Source of the DNA: Spirochaetia bacterium | Lineage (GTDB): Bacteria > Spirochaetota > Spirochaetia > WTKD01 > G963693115 | Assembly: GCA_965226055.1 (NCBI GenBank) | Contig: CBDDCA010000002.1 | Coordinates: 32,001-96,000 of the forward strand | Reading direction: 5' to 3' | Length of the DNA stretch: 64,000 nt | Part shown: one piece after another, positions 20,227 through 31,002 of the stretch | Layout: every line of letters begins with the position of its first letter | Numbering within the stretch: position 1 is the stretch's first letter | Program-made: the position numbers and the translations under genes | Notes under the pieces: model-generated | The model's database searches: none | The model's input: only the letters and a program-made list of their open reading frames with translations | Told to the model about the DNA's origin: nothing

Positions 20227-21260
20227 TTATCCTTGTATTTAAGAAACCCTTCAATTCCAATATTTCGTAATTCTTTTATTTGACTCTGTACATCTTTACT
20301 CTGTGAAAGAGGTATGATTATTTGATAAAAGATAGTATTTTGTACTGTTGATATACTCATAATAGGGTATGCTCCATCAAACATAGCGTCACGAAGAAGT
20401 GCTATAAGTTTATTATAATAATTGTTTGCTTTTTCTTTATTTTGGAATGATGATACTTGATACCCAAGTTCGGGTGCTGACGATAAAGGTATATCTTCTG
20501 TTATTTCATTGCTTGATAAGGACAATGGATTGTTTATTTCTAAATCTAAAAAAGAAAAAAAATGTGATGGGATTGGTAGTGTAGTGATTGTGTTTTGTAG
20601 TAATTGATATTCTATGGATGTTTTATATTTGTCTTGTAGTATCGTAAGGGCATATTCTTTACTGCTATGATTGTTTATTTTTAGTGCTAGTTTATACATA
20701 AAATAGTATATTGACGCTGGCAATAAAATAGCTTCATTTTTTTCTATGGTAGTGTGTATGTACTCTAATGCAGTACTATATTTTTTTTCATAAATATAGA
20801 TTGCTATATTTAAGGTAATGAGTGGTATAATAATATTGGAGATATTGTATCTCTCTTGTAATATTGAAATATTACGTTTTGCTAGATTGATATTTCCTGT
20901 TTGATATTCTTGTATACTTGCCATCAGTAAGTGTTCAGGTAAGCGAGTAATTTCAAAAGCAGAGTAGTACAAAAGTGCTGCGGTTTGAAAATCATAGCGT
21001 AATGTTGCTATTTTAGCAAAATGGATATATATTGAATAATGGATGAGGGATGGGGGATATTGCTCTAGTACAGTGTAGAAAAAATTATATGTCTCTTGTA
21101 TACTTTCCATAGAAGGATAGTGAGTGCTTACAAAGGATAATAGTTCTTGTTTACTAGGGGTGGGGTTATTTTCTATCCATTCACTTGTAATATCTGCACT
21201 AAATAATAGTGTAGTATGAAACAGTAACAGAATAATGATACATAGAATTGATTTATACAC
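20223..21260 (-). CDS. Exported helical (TPR-like) protein with C-terminal SPOR-like domain
   Basis: Signal peptide; YQVSSF.NKEKA...L..GIEGF C-terminus. Confidence 0.5.
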   Translation of the reverse strand: MYKSILCIIILLLFHTTLLFSADITSEWIENNPTPSKQELLSFVSTHYPSMESIQETYNFFYTVLEQYPPSLIHYSIYIHFAKIATLRYDFQTAALLYYSAFEITRLPEHLLMASIQEYQTGNINLAKRNISILQERYNISNIIIPLITLNIAIYIYEKKYSTALEYIHTTIEKNEAILLPASIYYFMYKLALKINNHSSKEYALTILQDKYKTSIEYQLLQNTITTLPIPSHFFSFLDLEINNPLSLSSNEITEDIPLSSAPELGYQVSSFQNKEKANNYYNKLIALLRDAMFDGAYPIMSISTVQNTIFYQIIIPLSQSKDVQSQIKELRNIGIEGFLKYKDN

Positions 21261-21273
21261 TATATAAAAAATG

Positions 21274-21597
21274 TTAGTTGATCTTATTGTCAGTAGGGAT
21301 AGTATTTTTTGTTTTTTTATTTGTTTTTTTTAGATTTTTTTCTTCTTGTACGAGTCGTTTTGTTTCTTTTTGTATGCTCTTGTTCAGAATATTACTGGCA
21401 TATTTTCTTGAGTATGAGAAAATAAAAGGTACTGCTATAATTGTTCCTATAATAATACCAATGTATAAAAGCAATACTCCAGGTACATTATGAAGAGTAT
21501 AGAATAAGAAAGAAATTGTTGTTGTATACTTAAAGTTGATAATAGCAAATAAAAGTGCTAATGTAATAATAATTATGATAGAAATAAATATAATCAT
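21274..21597 (-). CDS. LapA-like small membrane protein
   Basis: Two TM segments with FA..N...ISFLF pattern and a basic tail. Confidence 0.55.
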   Translation of the reverse strand: MIIFISIIIIITLALLFAIINFKYTTTISFLFYTLHNVPGVLLLYIGIIIGTIIAVPFIFSYSRKYASNILNKSIQKETKRLVQEEKNLKKTNKKTKNTIPTDNKIN

Positions 21598-21620
21598 GCT
21601 AACTCCATTATAGTATAAAA

Positions 21621-23666
21621 TTATTCTAAAATATAGTTTTTAATAAACAGACGTAATGTATCCCAATCGTTATTTTTTGGGAGCAAAATATACGCTCCAT
21701 AATTATTAGAAGAAATGGTTTGTGAAGAAGGAATAGGTATTTCTTTGTTAGCATTTTCGCTATTTTGAGAAGCAAGAAGTTTTGTATATGTTTGGTATAA
21801 GATATTAGAAGTACTGAGTGTGAGTTTTTTATGTAATGGAAGATCTTTATTTTTTGTGATAATGCTAGCAATTTCGAATATGCTAAGATTTGTGCTTATA
21901 TATGGTTTTATGTCGCCTACTATTTGCATAAGTGAAATCATAGAGGAAAATATATCCATACTACTTATTTTATTTCGTATTCCTTCTAGTAGTAGTTGTT
22001 GCCGCCTAGATCTGCTAAAATCATTGGTTGTGTTTCTTGAACGTGCAATACGTAATGCTTCAATGCCATTGAGCTGGTATTCTCCTTGTGTATAATGTAC
22101 ATAGGACCATTTTCCGTTTTCTTTAATTCTATAACTTGGATCTATTAAATCTTCTTCTAAATATATATTTATTCCCCCTATTTTGTCAATGACAGAAATG
22201 AATGCATACATATCAATGCTTACATAATGATCTATTTTTAATCCAGTAACTTTTTCTATAATTTTTAGGAAATTTGATTTGGTATAAAATTTATAATACC
22301 AATTTAGCTTGTTGCCCATAAAATAAATATCCCTAGGGATACTGAGAAGTTTAATACCTTTTTTTGGATGAATATGTGCTAGCATTAAAGTATCAGAAAG
22401 ATTATTATGAGTGCCAATGATAAGAATATTTTTTGTTTCCTCTGGGAGAGTACTATTTTGTATTGCTGTTTCTTGTTCTATGGAAAAAGAGATATTTCGT
22501 ATTGGAACATCGTCTTTATCCATCATCCATAGTTGTCCATTACTGCGTTGTAGGGCAATAGCCCCAATTTTACTTTGTGGATATGGATGTTTTATGTCTG
22601 TATTCACATCAAAATAATAATAGTCATTATCCGTGCGCCAATCTTGTAATATATATATATGTTGTTTTTTCAAAGAATTTTGTATTTTTTCTGTAGATAC
22701 TATAGTTTTAAGTATAGTGAGATAATTGTAGTTGGCAGTTTCTTGTTTGGTAGTATACGAGCTATCAAGTATAACAGAAGTAACGTATGCGGTTCTTTGT
22801 TCTGGGGTATTTGATTTAGAATAGGGTATGCCATTTACTATCAATGTATAATGGAGTGTATTGAGCACAATTTCAACAATAGGCTCATTGATGCTATTGT
22901 ATAATATTGTTGTATGAGTATACTGTGAAGGAGTAGTGTGTTGTACTGACAGGTTAAAGTTGTTTATACGTTGTTGTAGTGTATGCTCTGTAAGAGCTGT
23001 CTTAAACTGTTGTAGAAACTGATCGGATAATTGCAAATGTAGTTCAATAGTTTCTCTGATGTTTTTAATACTGATTTTTAGCTCATCAAAATGTAATGGC
23101 ACATATTTTATGTCTGTAAATGCACTTTGTATATTAAATGCAGTGATTGTATTGGTATTGGCATGAAACAAGGGAGTATAGAGAGCAACAATGCTATCGT
23201 TAAAAAGGTACACTATTTTATTATTTTTTTGATAAAATGATAAGCCTATCTCTTTGTTTATTGTCTTAAATGAAGGTGTTTCTAAAAAATCTGCTAGTAC
23301 TACTTCGTGTAATTCTGTTTGATATGATTTGTACATTTCATCTACCAATAGCTCAATGGTATCAGTTTCTAGTACTGCTTCGTTGTTTTTGTTTGATTGG
23401 AGTTGTAATTCAAAAAATTCTGATTCTAGCCCTAAAGCGTTAGAAACAGCAGAGGAAGAGTCTATAATTTGATGTAATGTATTAAAAATGAGTTCAAGTT
23501 CTTTTTCTGTTGTATTTATTTTCTTTATCAGGGTGTTTATGGTAAAAATACTAATAACAATGAGAACTATACAAACAAAGAAAAGAAATGTGTACCAAAG
23601 CCCTTTGTGTTTATGGGATTTTTGTGGTAAAATTTCATTTTGATATGAATGATTAAAGTGTACCAT
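21621..23666 (-). CDS. LCP (LytR-CpsA-Psr) family protein with long N-terminal extension
   Basis: SDTLML, LSIPRD, LNG.EALRIARSR..NDFSRSRRQQ. Confidence 0.88.
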   Translation of the reverse strand: MVHFNHSYQNEILPQKSHKHKGLWYTFLFFVCIVLIVISIFTINTLIKKINTTEKELELIFNTLHQIIDSSSAVSNALGLESEFFELQLQSNKNNEAVLETDTIELLVDEMYKSYQTELHEVVLADFLETPSFKTINKEIGLSFYQKNNKIVYLFNDSIVALYTPLFHANTNTITAFNIQSAFTDIKYVPLHFDELKISIKNIRETIELHLQLSDQFLQQFKTALTEHTLQQRINNFNLSVQHTTPSQYTHTTILYNSINEPIVEIVLNTLHYTLIVNGIPYSKSNTPEQRTAYVTSVILDSSYTTKQETANYNYLTILKTIVSTEKIQNSLKKQHIYILQDWRTDNDYYYFDVNTDIKHPYPQSKIGAIALQRSNGQLWMMDKDDVPIRNISFSIEQETAIQNSTLPEETKNILIIGTHNNLSDTLMLAHIHPKKGIKLLSIPRDIYFMGNKLNWYYKFYTKSNFLKIIEKVTGLKIDHYVSIDMYAFISVIDKIGGINIYLEEDLIDPSYRIKENGKWSYVHYTQGEYQLNGIEALRIARSRNTTNDFSRSRRQQLLLEGIRNKISSMDIFSSMISLMQIVGDIKPYISTNLSIFEIASIITKNKDLPLHKKLTLSTSNILYQTYTKLLASQNSENANKEIPIPSSQTISSNNYGAYILLPKNNDWDTLRLFIKNYILE

Positions 23667-24585
23667 ATGCTGTATTTTGTTCTGCTAATTGCACTGTATT
23701 TTTCATAAGTGAAGCTATTGTTACTGCTCCTACTCCTCCTGGCACAGGGGTTATGTATGAGCACTTATGTTGTAGAGTGTCAAAATCGGCATCACCGACT
23801 AGTATATACTCTTTTGCTGTGTTATGCAGTGTTTGTCCTTCTTTATCTAGGTGTATTCTGTTGATGCCAACATCAATTACTACTGCACCTTTTGCTACCA
23901 TATGTTCCTTTAAGAAGAAAGGTATGCCTATGGCTACAATGACAATGTGAGCCATTGAGCATATTGAGGTAATATCTTTTTCACTTGTCTTAGAGTGACA
24001 TAGACTTACTGTAGCGTTTCCATATGCTTGTTTTAATGAAAGAAGAATTGAAAGTGGCCGTCCTACAATGGAGCTTCTTCCAATGATAGCAATATGTTTT
24101 CCTTCAGTGCTAATATTATAGTACTTAAAAAATTCAATAACAGCATTTGCTGTACAAGGGATGGGTACATCAGTAGCATTTTTTTGTAATTTACCAATGT
24201 TTATCTCATGAAACCCATCTACATCTTTTGTGGGAAGTATGGCTGATAAAATGGCATCACTATCAATATGAGCAGGAAGTGGTAGCTGTACAAGTATGCT
24301 ATGTACCTTTGGGTCTGTATTAAGTGTATGAATGAGATCTACTATTTCGTAAGTTTGTGTGTTTTCAGGAAGTAAAATTACGTCTCCATCAATGCCTAAT
24401 TCTTTACATTTTTTTGCTTTCATGTGTACATATACTTTGCTGGCAGGATTGTCTCCTACTAATATTACTCGTAAACAGGGAGTAATACCTTTGTTTTTTA
24501 AGTGAGTAAGTCTTGGAAGAAGGGTTTTGTATATATTTTCAGCTACATCTTTGCCTTTTAGGATAGTATCATGATTATGTACCAT
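23653..24585 (-). CDS. folD: Methylenetetrahydrofolate dehydrogenase/cyclohydrolase
   Basis: LVQLPLP, KDVDGFH, GRS.IVGRP, ITPVPGGVG. Confidence 0.97.
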   Translation of the reverse strand: MVHNHDTILKGKDVAENIYKTLLPRLTHLKNKGITPCLRVILVGDNPASKVYVHMKAKKCKELGIDGDVILLPENTQTYEIVDLIHTLNTDPKVHSILVQLPLPAHIDSDAILSAILPTKDVDGFHEINIGKLQKNATDVPIPCTANAVIEFFKYYNISTEGKHIAIIGRSSIVGRPLSILLSLKQAYGNATVSLCHSKTSEKDITSICSMAHIVIVAIGIPFFLKEHMVAKGAVVIDVGINRIHLDKEGQTLHNTAKEYILVGDADFDTLQHKCSYITPVPGGVGAVTIASLMKNTVQLAEQNTAYGTL

Positions 24586-24650
24586 TTAAATATTATACTA
24601 CAATATGCTATGCTTAAAGTAAAGCACAATAAAAAATATATAGAGGTGGT

Positions 24651-25883
24651 ATGAGTAGTATAGTATTAGGAGCACAATGGGGAGACGAAGGGAAAGGCAA
24701 AATAGTAGATGTGTTATCTTCACATTTTAGCTGGGTGATACGCTTTTCAGGCGGAGCAAACGCTGGACACACTATTGTAAACAAGGGGGTGAAATATGTA
24801 TTTCATTTATTACCTTCAGGTATTTTACATAAAAATACACAGGTACTCTTAGGTCCAGCTACCGTTGTCGATCCTGAGCAGTTATTTTATGAGTTAGAAC
24901 AGCTAAGCAACGCTAATATTGATTGGAAAGGTCGGATATTTATATCTGATAGAGCTCATCTTATACTTCCATCGTATAAAAAGGAAGATAAAAAGCTAGA
25001 AGAGAAACGAGTATATAAAATAGGAACTACCCAAAAAGGTATTGGTATTGCGTATGCCAAAAAAATGCTGAGAACGGGTATTCGTATAGCGGATATGCAT
25101 GATCCTGCTATTATACGTATGTTATCTAAAAGAGACAGAGCTTTTGTAAAGAAGTATGCTTCTTTTTTGAGTAGTATTTCAGTAAATCATTATTATATTT
25201 TACAAAATTTTACTACTACTGACAAGATATTATTTGAAGGAGCGCAAGGAGTATTGCTTGATTCAGATTATGGAACATATCCGTATGTTACTTCTGGTCC
25301 TACTGGTATAAATGGAGTAACTACTACAGGGTTTCCTATCAAACAAGCAAAGAAAATAATTGGAGTAGCAAAGGCCTATAGTACACGGGTAGGAGAAGGT
25401 CCTTTTCCTACAGAATACCGAAAAGATGAAGTGCAATTACTTAGTCTCATTCAAACGAGAGGAAATGAAAAAGGAAGTACTACAGGAAGATTACGCAGAT
25501 GTGGACATTTAGATTTAATTAGCTTAAAATATGCCTGTAAAGTATCGTGTATTAACTCTTTGATATTGACGCATGTTGATGTCTTGGATGTTTTTGACAC
25601 AATAAAAGTATGCGTAGGATACGAAATTGAGAATGATTTTTATGATTATACTCCTTCTAGTAAAGCAGATATGGAAGCAATACATCCTGTTATGCGAAAT
25701 TTTGCAGGATGGAAAGTAGATACAAGCAGTGTACGAAAGTGGGAACATCTCCCTAACAATGTACTTTCATTTATTTCTTTTTTAGAGTCATATCTTGAAG
25801 TACCTATTGAAGCTGTTTCTGTAGGAGCGGACAGAGATCAAATGGTATTTAAGAATTATCATACATTTATAGATAATTTATAA
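24651..25883 (+). CDS. purA: Adenylosuccinate synthetase
   Basis: GAQWGDEGKGK, GGANAGHT, EGAQG, TRVGEGPFPT, TTGR.RRCG. Confidence 0.97.
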   Translation: MSSIVLGAQWGDEGKGKIVDVLSSHFSWVIRFSGGANAGHTIVNKGVKYVFHLLPSGILHKNTQVLLGPATVVDPEQLFYELEQLSNANIDWKGRIFISDRAHLILPSYKKEDKKLEEKRVYKIGTTQKGIGIAYAKKMLRTGIRIADMHDPAIIRMLSKRDRAFVKKYASFLSSISVNHYYILQNFTTTDKILFEGAQGVLLDSDYGTYPYVTSGPTGINGVTTTGFPIKQAKKIIGVAKAYSTRVGEGPFPTEYRKDEVQLLSLIQTRGNEKGSTTGRLRRCGHLDLISLKYACKVSCINSLILTHVDVLDVFDTIKVCVGYEIENDFYDYTPSSKADMEAIHPVMRNFAGWKVDTSSVRKWEHLPNNVLSFISFLESYLEVPIEAVSVGADRDQMVFKNYHTFIDNL

Positions 25884-25892
25884 ATAGAGAGA

Positions 25893-26227
25893 TGGAGGTG
25901 GCGGGAATTGAACCCGCGTCTTAAAAGAGCAAAGTAGCATCTCTACAAGTTTAGTTTGCTGTTGGTTCTTGCAAAAAACGAAATGGCAAACACATTTTTT
26001 TCTTGCTCAGTCAAATAAGGTGTTCTCTCTCTGTCTTTGACATACAGAGAGAGTGAGTCCCTAAGTGAACAGAAAGCCGTCTAGGAACATCAACGGTTCT
26101 GTAGCAACATAGTATCTATGCTGCTAAAGCTAAATCATTGTCTGCATTTATTGCAGTGTAGTAATTAGGTTACCAATCCACTTGCCATGATACTAATACT
26201 TCTTCTAATCGAGTCCTGTTCACCCCC
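25893..26227 (-). ncRNA. ssrA: tmRNA
   Basis: 5' GGGGGTGAACAGGACTCGA; 3' GCGGGTTCAATTCCCGCCACCTCCA; acceptor stem with G3-U pair; tag frame GCA GAC AAT GAT TTA GCT TTA GCA GCA TAG = (A)ADNDLALAA; CCA not encoded; smpB nearby. Confidence 0.95.
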
Positions 26228-26260
26228 TATTTTTTATAGTATACTACATACACATACATT

Positions 26261-27121
26261 CTATAAGAAATTGAGAATATGTTCTAGTACTGTTTGTGTA
26301 GAACATGCAATAATATCTTTTTTATTACTGGTAATAAACTCATCCCATTGAATATCATTTCCTTGCCAATCGCATATAATTCCTTTTGCTTCTTTCACAA
26401 GAGGATATATTGCTGCTACATCCCATATATGAGTACTAGGATCAATAACAAGCTCTGCATGAGCAGTAATAAGAAGATAGTATGCAAACGCATCTGCCCA
26501 TGTTCGTGTTATTATGTTTGCATCGTGTGTAAATATATGCTGTACTAATTTTGGGGCTTTTTTATACACTTTTGCCCAATCGTAAGAAAGGTACAGTTGG
26601 GAATTGTGTGTTTCTTTCTGTGCAGATAACGCATGTGTTGTGAGCAATGTATTGTTTTCCCATATGCCTTTGTCTTTTATAGCACATATAACTGTTTTGT
26701 ATGTAGGAATAGATACACAGCCAATGATGGGCTGCATTATTTCAAAATCAAACAAGGCAAGTAATGTAGTAAAAAGAGGAACACCATGAATAAAGGCTTG
26801 GGTTCCATCTATAGGATCAATAATCCAAGCATAACGATTTTTTTCATACTGTGTCTGTGGAGTAGTGTCAGTGCCAAACTCTTCTCCTATAATGGTATGC
26901 TGTGGATACTGTGTGGAAATTGCATTTCGAATTGTCTGTTCTATTTCTTTATCAGCTATCGTAACGGGACTGTTATCTGTTTTATATGTCACTTTATGTT
27001 TATTTGAAGAGCGAAATGTATGAAAGTAGTGTAATACAGTGTCTATAGTAGACTGTAATGTTAATTGAGCAAATTGAGCTGCTTCTCTCATATCTATGTT
27101 AGATGTATTGTTACTCTTCAT
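26261..27121 (-). CDS. Inositol monophosphatase family protein (HisN-like)
   Basis: SPVTIAD, IIGEE, WIIDPIDGT..F, WDVAA. Confidence 0.85.
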   Translation of the reverse strand: MKSNNTSNIDMREAAQFAQLTLQSTIDTVLHYFHTFRSSNKHKVTYKTDNSPVTIADKEIEQTIRNAISTQYPQHTIIGEEFGTDTTPQTQYEKNRYAWIIDPIDGTQAFIHGVPLFTTLLALFDFEIMQPIIGCVSIPTYKTVICAIKDKGIWENNTLLTTHALSAQKETHNSQLYLSYDWAKVYKKAPKLVQHIFTHDANIITRTWADAFAYYLLITAHAELVIDPSTHIWDVAAIYPLVKEAKGIICDWQGNDIQWDEFITSNKKDIIACSTQTVLEHILNFL

Positions 27122-27597
27122 TATTTTTTTCCTCTCATCATATCTGCTGATGCCTGTTGTGCTTCACGTTTAAGGGTACGTTCTTTTATACTTTCTTTCT
27201 TTTGAAATAATTTTTTCCCTTTTGCTAATCCTAGTGCAATTTTTATAAGTCCATTTTTGGTATATGCTTCTATAGGAACAAGGGTAAGTCCTTTTTCATT
27301 TGTTTTTCGCTTTATTTTATGAATTTCTTGTTTATGGAGTAAGAGGGTTCTTATGCGTATTGGATCGTATGTTTCGGAAGGAGCAAAGGCATAAGGAGAA
27401 ATGTGCATATGATATAACAAAACACTGTTATGCTTAGAGATACGAGCATAACAGTCGGTGAAATTGAATTGCTTCTTTTTTATAGACTTTACTTCAAACC
27501 CATAGAGAACTATACCGCATTCATAAGTTTCAATAATGGAATATAAAAATGTAGCTTTTTTGTTTTTTAGTAGTGGTACGATTTCAGTTTTTTTCAT
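27121..27597 (-). CDS. smpB: SsrA-binding protein
   Basis: NKKA, E.GIVL.G.EVKS, R.LLLHK.EI, AKGKK; start placed at MKKTEIV. Confidence 0.95.
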   Translation of the reverse strand: MKKTEIVPLLKNKKATFLYSIIETYECGIVLYGFEVKSIKKKQFNFTDCYARISKHNSVLLYHMHISPYAFAPSETYDPIRIRTLLLHKQEIHKIKRKTNEKGLTLVPIEAYTKNGLIKIALGLAKGKKLFQKKESIKERTLKREAQQASADMMRGKK

Positions 27598-27605
27598 AGC
27601 AATCT

Positions 27606-29264
27606 TTATTTGAGAGGTACAAGGATAATACGAAAAGAAGTATACTCGCTTGCCCAATCAGGACTCATTGCGTTATTTCTGCTGAGGAAAGCATCTAAGT
27701 CTTCGTATGTCTTTATGTTTTTACTATAGTTTCCTCCTAATACTATTTTTTCTCTTCCTAAGGCAGGGGTATAGTCTGCGTTATATTGAGGGAGAGGGCT
27801 GTACCAGCTATCAGTCCATTCCCATATATCATCGTATAAAGAAAGAAGACTCGTATCAATAGTAGCTCTATCAATTTCTACATCATAGTTATTTGATCCA
27901 ATATACTGTTGTGCTGCTCTCCACTCAAATTCATTAGGGAGTTTTGCTCTATATTGAATATTGTTTTCTCTGAGTACCGTATTAAACCATTGTGTATATG
28001 CACGTGCGTCATACCAAGTAATATGTGTTACTGGTGAAGCATCCTCATAGGTATGATAATTAGAGAGGTTAAGATGATTATCGCTATGTTCGGGACTGAG
28101 TGTTTGTGTTGAAGCAGTTTGCCAGAAAGGATTGTTTTTTAGAAATTTGACATATTGCTGTACGGTAACTTTTGTACTTTGCATATAAAAATTTCCACTT
28201 TGAATGGACAGGCTTTTGTTCTGGTTATTTTTTACTGCTTCTTTAAATTCTAGCACTTGAGAATTTGCCGTATCTATAGACGATTGGTATATATCTTGGT
28301 ATTCTAAGTGAGAATGAAGCGTATATTCAAGGGGTTCGTACGGAATGAAAATAAATTCATCACCTAAAATAGATATTTTTTTTGCTCTATTTCTTTCTGG
28401 GTTTCTTTCTTGATTGCTGTTTTTATGCTGTGCTTGTGTAATAGAATCAGATATAGGGTTTGCTGCATAAAACTCTATCATTGTTGCCATATCTTGCATG
28501 CTTATATTGTAAGCTCCCTGTATATTAGAAAGAGGATTTTTTTCTATCACTGCTTGTTTAAGTGAAGGATACTGTTCCATAACATCTGTAATATTGTTTT
28601 GATATACATGTTTGTTTTGTAGATACGGAAGTGAAAAATATATGAGCTGTAATAGTAATGCATAGGCACTTTCAGGGGGCGATAGTATGGGATCAGTATA
28701 TGCTTCTTTTTCTTTGCTTGTGTCTCTGCTTGTGGTTAGGAGGGGAAGTAATTCTTCTATTGTAGTATTTAGGAGAGGAGGGATCATGTATTTTCTTGTT
28801 GATATGGTATTTGCATACGAAGCTATACGAGGAATAGTGTATTCTACTATTGCTTTTCTGTCTTGTAACGTAAGTGTAGTCTGTATGCTATGACGAAATA
28901 TATTTGAGAATAGAGTACGCTTATTGTATTGAATAGTGTTTGTAGTAAATCCTAATTTCTCTATACGAATACTGTGCTTGATATTTTCTATGCGTGTTGT
29001 AATAGGCGTAGCTCCAAGATAATACTCATCTATGTATACTGCTGCATTGGTAGGGGTGGTAGTAATATGTATCTTACTTGTAGTAGGATGAAAGATAAAT
29101 ATAAATGCTATAAATAGTATGGTTAAGCATACTATAAAAAAACAAAGAGGAATGTACACAATAGGGCGAACACCAAAGATAGGTGTTAGTGTTACTGTAT
29201 CCTCAGGAATAGGTTCATACATAGTAGAAGGCGATTTTTTTTTGAGATGTTTATGGTTATTCAT
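27606..29264 (-). CDS. Membrane-anchored PEGA plus FGE-sulfatase (CLec fold) domain protein
   Basis: PTNAAVYID..YLGATP; PVTHITWYDARAY..W, LPNEFEW, WEWT, SFRI. Confidence 0.8.
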   Translation of the reverse strand: MNNHKHLKKKSPSTMYEPIPEDTVTLTPIFGVRPIVYIPLCFFIVCLTILFIAFIFIFHPTTSKIHITTTPTNAAVYIDEYYLGATPITTRIENIKHSIRIEKLGFTTNTIQYNKRTLFSNIFRHSIQTTLTLQDRKAIVEYTIPRIASYANTISTRKYMIPPLLNTTIEELLPLLTTSRDTSKEKEAYTDPILSPPESAYALLLQLIYFSLPYLQNKHVYQNNITDVMEQYPSLKQAVIEKNPLSNIQGAYNISMQDMATMIEFYAANPISDSITQAQHKNSNQERNPERNRAKKISILGDEFIFIPYEPLEYTLHSHLEYQDIYQSSIDTANSQVLEFKEAVKNNQNKSLSIQSGNFYMQSTKVTVQQYVKFLKNNPFWQTASTQTLSPEHSDNHLNLSNYHTYEDASPVTHITWYDARAYTQWFNTVLRENNIQYRAKLPNEFEWRAAQQYIGSNNYDVEIDRATIDTSLLSLYDDIWEWTDSWYSPLPQYNADYTPALGREKIVLGGNYSKNIKTYEDLDAFLSRNNAMSPDWASEYTSFRIILVPLK

Positions 29265-29319
29265 AGTTGTATATGTTATACTATAACAAATTAGGGAAAT
29301 AAATACAAAACATAGAATA

Positions 29320-30333
29320 ATGGCATCGGTTGTAGATAAAAAAACACATATATTAAAGCAATTTTCAACATTTCTTGTTGTAAAAGTAGAAGCGTTTCTT
29401 TCTCGAAGAAAAACAAAAAAGCGTATTGCAAAGATAAAACAAAAGAAGCGTGGGGTTTTTCGAGATTGGTTATACTCTTTTTTATGGGCTGCTGGGGTGG
29501 TACTTATACTAAATCAATATATTTTACAAGGGTATCGTATTCCATCTGGTTCAATGATTCCCACTTTACTGTTACAAGATAGAATATTTGTAAATAAACT
29601 ACAATATGGTCCAGAGCTTTTACCTGGTATCTTTCGTTTACCTAGTTTGCGTTCTCCAGAAAGATTTGAAGTGGTTATTTTTGAAAGTCCCGATTATATT
29701 AGCAAAGGGACTACATTTGAAGTTCTGCAACGAATTTTGTACATGGTATCACTGTCTCTTATTGATATTAACCGAGATAAGCAGGGAAATCCAAAGGTAC
29801 AATTTCTTATAAAACGTTTAATGGCATTGCCAGGAGATCAATTAAAAGTAGAAAATGGCACTTTATATTTTAAGTTGGCAGGTACTCATACATGGCAGGA
29901 TGAAGTTACCTTGAGAAATACTTTGTATACGTATAAACATTCTCATATCAATACACAGTATATACTTAATAATGAAAAAGAAGGAGTGAGTATTGATAAA
30001 AAGCAGTTGAGAAAGGATGTACGAACATATGTAAAAGATAGATTTTTACTGCATAAAAATATTTCTCTTTCACAAAATTATCCTCGTATAGAATTTGAGC
30101 AGGTAGTATCAAAACTATATCGAGAAGTAAACCCTTCTGTATATCATCAAAAATATTCCTATACAAAATATTCTGAAGGATGGACTGTTCCTAACGATTA
30201 CTATTTTTTTATGGGGGATAATAGGGATAATTCTCTTGATAGTAGATTTTATGGTGCTGTCCCACAACGTAATGTATTAGGAGAGGCTTTTATTATTTAT
30301 TGGCCTTTTTCTCGATTTTCAAGAATAGAATAG
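29320..30333 (+). CDS. lepB: Signal peptidase I
   Basis: IPSGSMIPTL, LIKRL, MGDNRDNSLDSRFYG. Confidence 0.95.
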   Translation: MASVVDKKTHILKQFSTFLVVKVEAFLSRRKTKKRIAKIKQKKRGVFRDWLYSFLWAAGVVLILNQYILQGYRIPSGSMIPTLLLQDRIFVNKLQYGPELLPGIFRLPSLRSPERFEVVIFESPDYISKGTTFEVLQRILYMVSLSLIDINRDKQGNPKVQFLIKRLMALPGDQLKVENGTLYFKLAGTHTWQDEVTLRNTLYTYKHSHINTQYILNNEKEGVSIDKKQLRKDVRTYVKDRFLLHKNISLSQNYPRIEFEQVVSKLYREVNPSVYHQKYSYTKYSEGWTVPNDYYFFMGDNRDNSLDSRFYGAVPQRNVLGEAFIIYWPFSRFSRIE

Positions 30334-30342
30334 AGTAATACT

Positions 30343-31002
30343 ATGGAAACGAGATATTATGTACAAAAAAGAAAAAGTTTTCTAAAAAAAATACTATATG
30401 TATATTTGTTTCTTATCATTACTCGTATCTTAGTTGTTGAGTTTGGTGTTCAAATAGTGCAACAAAAAAATACAGTAAGCAATGCCTTATTTTCTAATGA
30501 TAAGAATGCTAAAATACTTACTCTATCTTCTCCTTATATTTTTTCATTATTTGGCTTCATTACTATGATGAGATCACCGCCACCTCAGAAAGGAGATATT
30601 GTACTTATTGAATCTATGGATTATAAAAATCAAAACATAGGAAAGAAAATAATGTTCTCTTTTCTTGAGATATGTACTGTAGGAATTATCAAACAACAGA
30701 AATACATATTTGTGAAAGTAGTGGGAGTGGCATCTCAAACAGTATATTATTCTGCTAAAACTGTTTTTGAAAGTAAGCAAGAGGCAGAACAAGCAAGTGG
30801 GGATATTCCATTTTTTGACATGATAACAAACATAACATTATCTGATGATGAAGTGTTTGTTATGGGAAACAAAGAGTATTCTGTTGATAGTCGTATGTTT
30901 GGTGCAATGAAAGTGTCAGATATAAAAGGAAAGGCGACTTTCCTTTTAGCGCCTTATTGGAAACGTATTGGATTAGTAGCAAAAAATACTTCATTTCGCT
31001 GA
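30343..31002 (+). CDS. S26 signal peptidase-like protein, catalytic box degenerate
   Basis: GDIVLI, VFVMGN..YSVDSRMFG present; no SM.PT box. Confidence 0.7.
   Translation: METRYYVQKRKSFLKKILYVYLFLIITRILVVEFGVQIVQQKNTVSNALFSNDKNAKILTLSSPYIFSLFGFITMMRSPPPQKGDIVLIESMDYKNQNIGKKIMFSFLEICTVGIIKQQKYIFVKVVGVASQTVYYSAKTVFESKQEAEQASGDIPFFDMITNITLSDDEVFVMGNKEYSVDSRMFGAMKVSDIKGKATFLLAPYWKRIGLVAKNTSFR

Noticed and set aside
25893-25920. Stand-alone tRNA gene
   Set aside because: It is the 3' tRNA-like half of tmRNA; the 5' half and tag ORF are upstream on the minus strand
27606-29264. FGE-sulfatase/CLec protein or the BspA tips as diversity-generating retroelement targets
   Set aside because: No reverse transcriptase or template repeat in the window; A/B tip differences are not adenine-specific
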